This document shows, one piece after another, positions 58,837 through 64,000 of a stretch of DNA of 64,000 bases. The stretch spans positions 19,610 to 83,609 of the forward strand of contig JBGSPC010000069.1 of assembly GCA_041738805.1 (NCBI GenBank), read 5' to 3'. The notes beneath the pieces were generated by a model. That model saw only the letters and a list, made by a program, of their open reading frames with translations. It ran no database searches and was not told the origin of the DNA. Position 1 is the first letter of the stretch. Each line of letters starts with the position of its first letter. The DNA is from Terrimicrobiaceae bacterium (GTDB lineage Bacteria > Verrucomicrobiota > Verrucomicrobiia > Chthoniobacterales > Terrimicrobiaceae). The position numbers and the translations under genes are program-made.

Positions 58837-59291
58837 AATCCCGTCACACCACACACTCCTCAACCACCTCCGCCATGGAGGACGTCCGCGCCATCTACCG
58901 GGATCTTGAAGCACGCCCTCTTGAAAGAAACTGCAAACTGAGCACAGCCTGCTGCCATTTCAAAATCACCGGCGAGACGCCCATGGTCACCGATGCCGAG
59001 GCCATTCTGGCTGCCAAAGCCTGGCGGAGAGCTGGACGCAAGGAACTGCCGCCTCCCAGCGAAGATGGCGCCTGCCCGTTCCTTGACACCCGCAGCACCC
59101 GCTGCCTGATTTATGACTCCCGCCCTTTTGCCTGCCGCACGCACTTTTGTGAGGCCGCCGGCGGCGTGTATCCCAGGGTTCATGTGATTGATCTCATCCG
59201 GCGTCTCGAATCCGTGGAGCGGGATATAAACGGACGCGGAGCCAGAAAAATTGAGGTGGCCACCAAAGAGGCACTGGCTTCCATGCGCTGA
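58833..59291 (+). CDS. YkgJ-family (UPF0153) zinc/iron-chelating Cys-cluster protein
   Basis: CxxCC-type cluster (STACCHF...CPFLD...CLIYDSRPFACRTHFCE). Its ATGA overlaps the upstream stop. Confidence 0.55.
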   Translation: MKSRHTTHSSTTSAMEDVRAIYRDLEARPLERNCKLSTACCHFKITGETPMVTDAEAILAAKAWRRAGRKELPPPSEDGACPFLDTRSTRCLIYDSRPFACRTHFCEAAGGVYPRVHVIDLIRRLESVERDINGRGARKIEVATKEALASMR

Positions 59292-59367
59292 GATTTGGTT
59301 CCGCAAAAGCCCCCTGGCTAGGTTCTGAAATCTCACGTGGTTTTTGCTGGCCTGCCCAGCTCGTTTT

Positions 59368-60237
59368 CTACTGATTGCTCAAAAGATGCACGGGCTTCCA
59401 ACCTGTCTCCGCAGTGATTTGACTCAGATCAATCAGCCCGCATCCGCGTGGCGCATCTTTTCGCCAGGCCACAGATTTGTAAAATTCCTTTCGCATGTCA
59501 CTTGTGGAGCGCTGAAGCAGGTTGTCCGAAGCGGCTGGAAAATAGACGCGGTAGCCGGGAAGGTCCGCCTCGGCAACAGCACGAATCAAAGCTGCCGCAT
59601 CCTCAATCACAAGATAGGAAAATAACTCCAAGGGCTTGCTCCAGGGGTTTTGAACCGGCTCCCGGGCCTGGTTTGCAAGTTTGGTTTTGATTTGGTCCAA
59701 ATAGCGCTGACCGAGAAGCACCGGAAATCGGAGCGAAATGGCCGAAGGAGTGCCGGCTGTCACAAAATAATCGAGCATCGATTCCGTGGCGCATTTGCTG
59801 AGCGCATAGGTATTACCGGGATTATGCGGCCAACCCGCATCCGCCGGAAGATAGGGAATCAAACTCGTGTACCCCATCCTGGCTTTTTCACCCGGACACA
59901 CAGCCTGAATCGAACTGGCAAATATCAACTTCGGGATGCCCACTTCATGAGCCGCTTGGAACAGGTTCATGTTCATCCCAAGGTTTTCGGTATATACTCT
60001 CTGCGCATCTGCACGCCCCTTATTCGGATGATTCCCAAGATGAACAATCACCCCGGGATCCGCCTCAAGCAGCTCGTAGGAAACTTCCCGCTGCAAAAGA
60101 TTTTTCACACGGAACGAATAAGGCACCTTTCCGGGATGGCGCAGATCAGTCGCCAACACCTCATGCCCCGCCGCATGAAGCGCCCCACAAACACCCGACC
60201 CCAAAAAACCTGCCGCCCCGGTCACTAAAATTTTCAC
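59368..60237 (-). CDS. NAD-dependent epimerase/dehydratase (SDR) family protein
   Basis: N-terminal MKILVTGAAGFLGSGV and the catalytic YxxxK region (YALSK). Confidence 0.75.
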   Translation of the reverse strand: MKILVTGAAGFLGSGVCGALHAAGHEVLATDLRHPGKVPYSFRVKNLLQREVSYELLEADPGVIVHLGNHPNKGRADAQRVYTENLGMNMNLFQAAHEVGIPKLIFASSIQAVCPGEKARMGYTSLIPYLPADAGWPHNPGNTYALSKCATESMLDYFVTAGTPSAISLRFPVLLGQRYLDQIKTKLANQAREPVQNPWSKPLELFSYLVIEDAAALIRAVAEADLPGYRVYFPAASDNLLQRSTSDMRKEFYKSVAWRKDAPRGCGLIDLSQITAETGWKPVHLLSNQ

Positions 60238-60561
60238 ACCCCCATCACATCACCCCTGGCCCGCCATGACACAAGAATATTCCCATTGGTGAGAAACTTG
60301 AGGAATTCTGAGGACTCTATCCCTTTGCGGATTTGTTGGGCTGAGCTCAGGTTGGCAAGAATTTCGGGAAATTTCGCCGGAAGAGACGCATGCGGGGGTG
60401 CCGGGACGCACGGAGTGTGTGTGCGTGATTTTCTGTCAAGCAGTCACGCGTTTCAGACAGTTTGCTGAATAACGACGGAACGAGTTCGACCTATTGAGGG
60501 GATGATAGCGTTGATGCTGGTCAAAACGACCAGAAATAGACGGCGCTTCGAGCGCAGGACC

Positions 60562-61035
60562 CTACCAGCGGAAGTGAGCGAAGGCACGGTTGGCTTGGGC
60601 CATTTTGTGCATATCATCACGTTTTTTGATGGCATGGCCTTGACCGGCAGCGGCGTCTTTCAGCTCATTGGCGAGGGCTTTTTCCATGGGGATGCCCTTA
60701 CGGCCTTTGGCGAAATTGACGAGCCAGCGCATGGCGAGGGCCACTTGACGGTCGGCCGGCACTTCCATGGGGACCTGGTAAGTGGCTCCACCCACTCGAC
60801 GGGATTTGACCTCAAGACGGGGGCGGACGTTTTCAATGGCCTTGTTGAGCGTCTCCAAAGGATCCACCGTATCTGTTCCTTCACGGGATTTGTCGATGGC
60901 AGTATAAACAATGCCTTCGGCGATGGATTTGGCACCGTCACGCATGACCGTGCTGATCAAACGAGCCACGATGGGGCTCGCGTATCGGGCGTCCTTTTTA
61001 ACTTCTTTGCGAATGGTTCTGCGTCTGCGTGACAT
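60562..61035 (-). CDS. rpsG: 30S ribosomal protein S7
   Basis: Full-length S7 (MSRRRRTIRKEV...RLISTVMRDGAKSIAEGIVY...ANRAFAHFRW). Confidence 0.95.
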   Translation of the reverse strand: MSRRRRTIRKEVKKDARYASPIVARLISTVMRDGAKSIAEGIVYTAIDKSREGTDTVDPLETLNKAIENVRPRLEVKSRRVGGATYQVPMEVPADRQVALAMRWLVNFAKGRKGIPMEKALANELKDAAAGQGHAIKKRDDMHKMAQANRAFAHFRW

Positions 61036-61052
61036 GGCTTCTTAATTAGATA

Positions 61053-61463
61053 TTATTTCTTTTTACCTTTGGCCGGGGCGGCTTCCTGGCCGGGCTTGGG
61101 CTTTTTGGCGCCGTATTTGGAGCGGCCCCTGCGGCGGGACTCAACTCCCAGGCTGTCAAGGGTGCCTCGAACGATATGGTAACGGACGCCGGGGAGATCT
61201 TTCACACGACCACCGCGAACAAGCACAATCGAGTGTTCTTGAAGGTTGTGTCCTTCGCCGGGGATATAAGCAATGACCTCCTGGCCATTGGTAAGCCGGA
61301 CTTTGGCGACTTTGCGCAGGGCGGAATTGGGTTTTTTGGGGGTGCGGGTCATGACCTGCACGCAGACTCCGCGCCGTTGAGGACACTTCACCAGAGCCGG
61401 CGACTTGGATTTGACGACGACTTTGCTGCGGCCCTTGCGGACAAGTTGATTGATGGTTGGCAT
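61053..61463 (-). CDS. rpsL: 30S ribosomal protein S12 (with Lys-rich C-terminal extension)
   Basis: [12 protein letters not shown]...[11 protein letters not shown]...[18 protein letters not shown]. About 12 extra C-terminal residues ([13 protein letters not shown]). Confidence 0.95.
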   Translation of the reverse strand: MPTINQLVRKGRSKVVVKSKSPALVKCPQRRGVCVQVMTRTPKKPNSALRKVAKVRLTNGQEVIAYIPGEGHNLQEHSIVLVRGGRVKDLPGVRYHIVRGTLDSLGVESRRRGRSKYGAKKPKPGQEAAPAKGKKK

Positions 61464-61654
61464 CTGTTCTTATGGAAATATTTTCCGGGATTTTGGGCCC
61501 GAGCCCGTCGGGTGCGCGGTTATAATCTGACGGCACGCGTGCGGCGGAGTGAAGAAACTAGCAATTGACGGACAGGAGGCAAGAGAAATTCTCAAAGGAT
61601 TTTATTTCGGGTCATTCCGCTTCCCAGCAAACGCAATTCCCGATATTGACGGGA

Positions 61655-61999
61655 ATGATGAATTTTGAGCGCAGCGAGGAAGAGTGGGGGCAACTCTTGA
61701 AACTTTCCGGAGAAATCGATCTGCACGGTTCTCCAACTCTTCGCAACGAGCTGCTTGCCATTGCCAAAGAAAAGAGGCCCCTGCTCCTTGTCGACTTTTC
61801 CGACGTGGGCTATATCGACTCCTCCGGGCTGGCCACGCTGATCGAATACGTGAAGGAAGCCGCATCCCATCAGGGCAAAATTGCGCTTTTTGGTTTGAAG
61901 AAAAAAGTGCGCACCATTTTCGACCTGGTGCGTTTGAACGAGCTTTTTGTGATTGCGGAGACACAAGAGGAGGCGCTGGCCTCGATTGAGAAAAAATAG
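61655..61999 (+). CDS. STAS-domain protein (anti-sigma-factor-antagonist fold; MlaB-like by position)
   Basis: STAS pattern (LSGEIDLHGSPTLRNELLAI...LLVDFSDVGYIDSSGLATLI). It lies immediately upstream of mlaE-mlaF. The start is taken at the internal MMNFERS, while the ORF track begins at 61565. Confidence 0.55.
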   Translation: MMNFERSEEEWGQLLKLSGEIDLHGSPTLRNELLAIAKEKRPLLLVDFSDVGYIDSSGLATLIEYVKEAASHQGKIALFGLKKKVRTIFDLVRLNELFVIAETQEEALASIEKK

Positions 62000-62002
62000 C
62001 CG

Positions 62003-62755
62003 GTGAAGGCGGTTCTCGGATTCCTATCTCTGAACGCCCAGATCCTTTATTGGATTTTTGTGGCTCCCTGGAGAGGGAAGACCGGCTTGAGTTTTTCAAA
62101 CGCGTTCACGCAGATGGTGCGAATCGGGGTTCAGGCTGTGCCAATGACGGCGCTGACCTCGTTCAGCATTGGATTGACGCTGGCCATGCAGGCCGCGCAG
62201 GAACTTTCCAAGATGGGAGCCACAGTTTATGTGCCTGATTTGGTTTCCATTTCTTTGCTGAGAGAACTCGGGCCGCTCCTTGTGGGGGTTGTTGTGATCG
62301 GGCGGAGCGGCTCAGCCGTGACCGCAGAGCTGGGCACCATGAAAGTGAGCGAGGAAATCGAGGCTTTGGAAGTGATGTCCATCAACCCTGTGCGGTTTCT
62401 GGTTTTGCCAAGGTTTGTGGCGATGATGGTGATGCTGCCGGTGCTCACCATTTTCGGAAATTACATCGGGTTCGTCGGCGGGTGGAGCATCTGCCACTTC
62501 GCGCTTGGCATGAACACCGGCGGATTTATCAATCGGATCATCTCGAGCGCTGACCCCATGGACCTGTATTCGGGGGTTGTCAAAAGCATCGTTTTTGCAT
62601 GGCTTATCGGCACGATCAGCTGTCAGAAGGGGCTCACCGTCAAAGGGGGAGCTGAAGGCGTGGGCCTCTCAACCACCGGCTCGGTCGTCACCTCGATCAT
62701 CTCGATGCTCGTCGCAAATGCCATTCTCACGGCGGTGTTCTTTTTTATCGAATGA
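62003..62755 (+). CDS. mlaE: MlaE-family ABC transporter permease
   Basis: The MlaE/TTG2B fold is recognisable (LGPLLVGVVVIGRSGSAVTAELGTMKVSEEIEALEVMSINP). Confidence 0.85.
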   Translation: MKAVLGFLSLNAQILYWIFVAPWRGKTGLSFSNAFTQMVRIGVQAVPMTALTSFSIGLTLAMQAAQELSKMGATVYVPDLVSISLLRELGPLLVGVVVIGRSGSAVTAELGTMKVSEEIEALEVMSINPVRFLVLPRFVAMMVMLPVLTIFGNYIGFVGGWSICHFALGMNTGGFINRIISSADPMDLYSGVVKSIVFAWLIGTISCQKGLTVKGGAEGVGLSTTGSVVTSIISMLVANAILTAVFFFIE

Positions 62756-63615
62756 GCGCTGACACTCCAGAGGCACCGCACAACGAGGGGCCGATCATTG
62801 AAGTCACGGACCTTGTCCGGAAGTTCGGTGACCGCACGGTCCTCAATGGTGTCAGTTTCAAAGTCTATCGTGGTGAGACGATCATCATTATGGGCGGATC
62901 AGGGTGTGGCAAAAGCACGCTTCTTCGCCATATCATCGGCAGCCTCAAGCCCACGAGCGGGTCGATCAAAATGTTCGGGGAGGAGGTCACCACCATGACC
63001 CCGCCGCAGTTGGAAAAACTGCGCTTGCGCTTTGGCATGAATTTTCAATTTGGAGCGCTCATGCAATCCATGACGGTCGGTGAGAACGTGGCGCTGCCAT
63101 TGCTCGAGAACAGCCGTGTGGATCCACAAATTGTGGACCTCGTCGTAAAAATGAAACTCGAGCTGGTCGGGCTGACGGGCTTTGAAAACCTAAAACCCTC
63201 CGAAATCAGTGGCGGTATGCGCAAGCGGGTCGGGTTGGCGCGCGCCGTGGCCATGGACCCGGAATTGCTCTTCAGCGATGAACCCACTTCGGGACTGGAC
63301 CCGATCATGACGGCCGTCATCGACCAACTGACGATTGACCTGACGCAAAAACTTCACATGACGGCCGTGATTGTGACCCATGACATGGTGAGTGCCTTCC
63401 GGATCGGTTCGCGCATGCTGGTCCTTGGGGCCGGGCAACGGGCGGGCATGGTGATCGCTTGGGGGACGCCTGACGAGATCCGGAATCACCCTGACCCTGA
63501 GGTCCAGCAGTTCATCAAAGGCGAACCTGATGGCCCGGTGCCCCTCAAGCTTTCGCCCGAAGATTATATCATCCGGCTGCTCGGCCATGACCGGGACAAG
63601 GGGCTGACCTATTGA
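62752..63615 (+). CDS. mlaF: MlaF-family ABC transporter ATP-binding protein
   Basis: Walker A (GGSGCGKST), signature (LSGGMRKRVGLARA), Walker B (LLFSDEPTSGLDP) and H-loop (VIVTHDM). It overlaps the mlaE stop (ATGA). Confidence 0.9.
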   Translation: MSADTPEAPHNEGPIIEVTDLVRKFGDRTVLNGVSFKVYRGETIIIMGGSGCGKSTLLRHIIGSLKPTSGSIKMFGEEVTTMTPPQLEKLRLRFGMNFQFGALMQSMTVGENVALPLLENSRVDPQIVDLVVKMKLELVGLTGFENLKPSEISGGMRKRVGLARAVAMDPELLFSDEPTSGLDPIMTAVIDQLTIDLTQKLHMTAVIVTHDMVSAFRIGSRMLVLGAGQRAGMVIAWGTPDEIRNHPDPEVQQFIKGEPDGPVPLKLSPEDYIIRLLGHDRDKGLTY

Positions 63616-63655
63616 GGAGGACTGATTCTGCCTCATTGATCGGATCAAATTCCCA

Positions 63656-63929
63656 AGAGCCTGTTATGCACTTTGGTGGGCATTTGCAGGAAAGGATTTT
63701 GGCGATACTCAAGGCACGAGCGAAGTGCCTGTGTGTAAAGCACACTGGCCGAGCGAGAAACGCAGAGAATCGCCAAAAGCCTCCCTGCCCGGAGGGTTGG
63801 GTTGAAAACGGGCTGGCGGCTGCGTTGCGGCTCGCTTACAGCCCGCTTTGGGGATGCCTCGCTCCCCGCGCCTTGCCGACAGCCCGTTTTGAACCCAACA
63901 AATGCCCGCCAAAGTGCATAACAGGCTCT
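63656..63929. repeat. About 275-bp nested-palindromic element bounded by 31-bp terminal inverted repeats (MITE-like or structured RNA)
   Basis: Left arm AGAGCCTGTTATGCACTTTGGTGGGCATTTG (about 63656-63686). The right arm (about 63899-63929) is its reverse complement with 1 mismatch. Inner complementary pairs include TTTTGGCGAT/ATCGCCAAAA, AGGCAC/GTGCCT, GTTGAAAACGGGCTG/CAGCCCGTTTTGAAC and CGGGCTG/CAGCCCG. Confidence 0.4.
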
Positions 63930-64000
63930 AAGAGATAAGTGGGCGGGCAAGGCTTGTCCCGCCGAAGCCTTGGCGAAGGAGGAGACTGCCCAGCCCTACC

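Noticed and set aside
60286-60635. Small ORFs (60 aa) in the rpsG-epimerase intergenic gap
   Set aside because: There is no RBS-like context and no recognisable fold. The region is more likely non-coding (leader or terminator).
1-64000. CRISPR arrays, rRNA, tRNA and IS transposases
   Set aside because: No regularly spaced direct repeats were seen. No tRNA-like cloverleaf stretches were recognised in intergenic gaps, and no DDE/HTH transposase-like ORFs were found. A tRNAscan or Rfam run would be needed to exclude small RNAs definitively.

Overview
This 64 kb window is GC-rich bacterial chromosome, possibly from a PVC-superphylum-like organism (weak inference). It is densely coding on both strands; I found no rRNA, tRNA or CRISPR by eye.

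Main content, 5'->3':
- (1) A minus-strand patatin-like membrane protein gene runs off the 5' edge. It is absent from the ORF track, and its antisense shadows account for three long plus-strand ORFs there.
- (2) A 2595-aa single-module highly reducing type I PKS (KS-AT-DH-cMT-ER-KR-ACP, no TE/R domain) is translationally coupled to a secreted LolA-like protein.
- (3) A roughly 10 kb co-directional defense island: hsdM, a YhcG/DUF1016 PD-(D/E)xK protein, hsdS, an OLD/ABC-type AAA ATPase, a DUF4276-like TOPRIM protein, hsdR, and a RadC/JAB protein.
- (4) A minus-strand set of secreted or lipoprotein enzymes: SAM methyltransferase, alpha/beta hydrolase lipoprotein, chalcone-isomerase-fold protein, GH28 and VOC.
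- (5) A DMT transporter, GH13 amylase, secreted MsrB-MsrA fusion, YbjN-like protein and an HExxH protein.
- (6) A flotillin/SPFH gene followed by a 1733-aa protein carrying a C-terminal AAA_5 (MoxR/McrB-like) ATPase module. This is the most system-like uncharacterised pair in the window.
- (7) A LacI-regulated catabolic operon: DapA-like aldolase, SDR epimerase, methylmalonate-semialdehyde dehydrogenase and Fe-ADH.
- (8) Housekeeping genes: cutA, AKR, rlmD-like, obg, a GT4 glycogen-synthase-like gene, a TonB-dependent receptor divergent from exbB-exbD-tonB, a beta-helix secreted protein, an HI0933-family flavoprotein, YkgJ, rpsL-rpsG (without fusA/tuf), and a STAS (MlaB-like)-mlaE-mlaF ABC system.
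- (9) A roughly 275 bp nested-palindromic element with 31-bp terminal inverted repeats at the 3' edge.

The ORF track appears to accept GTG/TTG starts and to omit edge-truncated ORFs. Several true starts therefore lie downstream of the listed ones.
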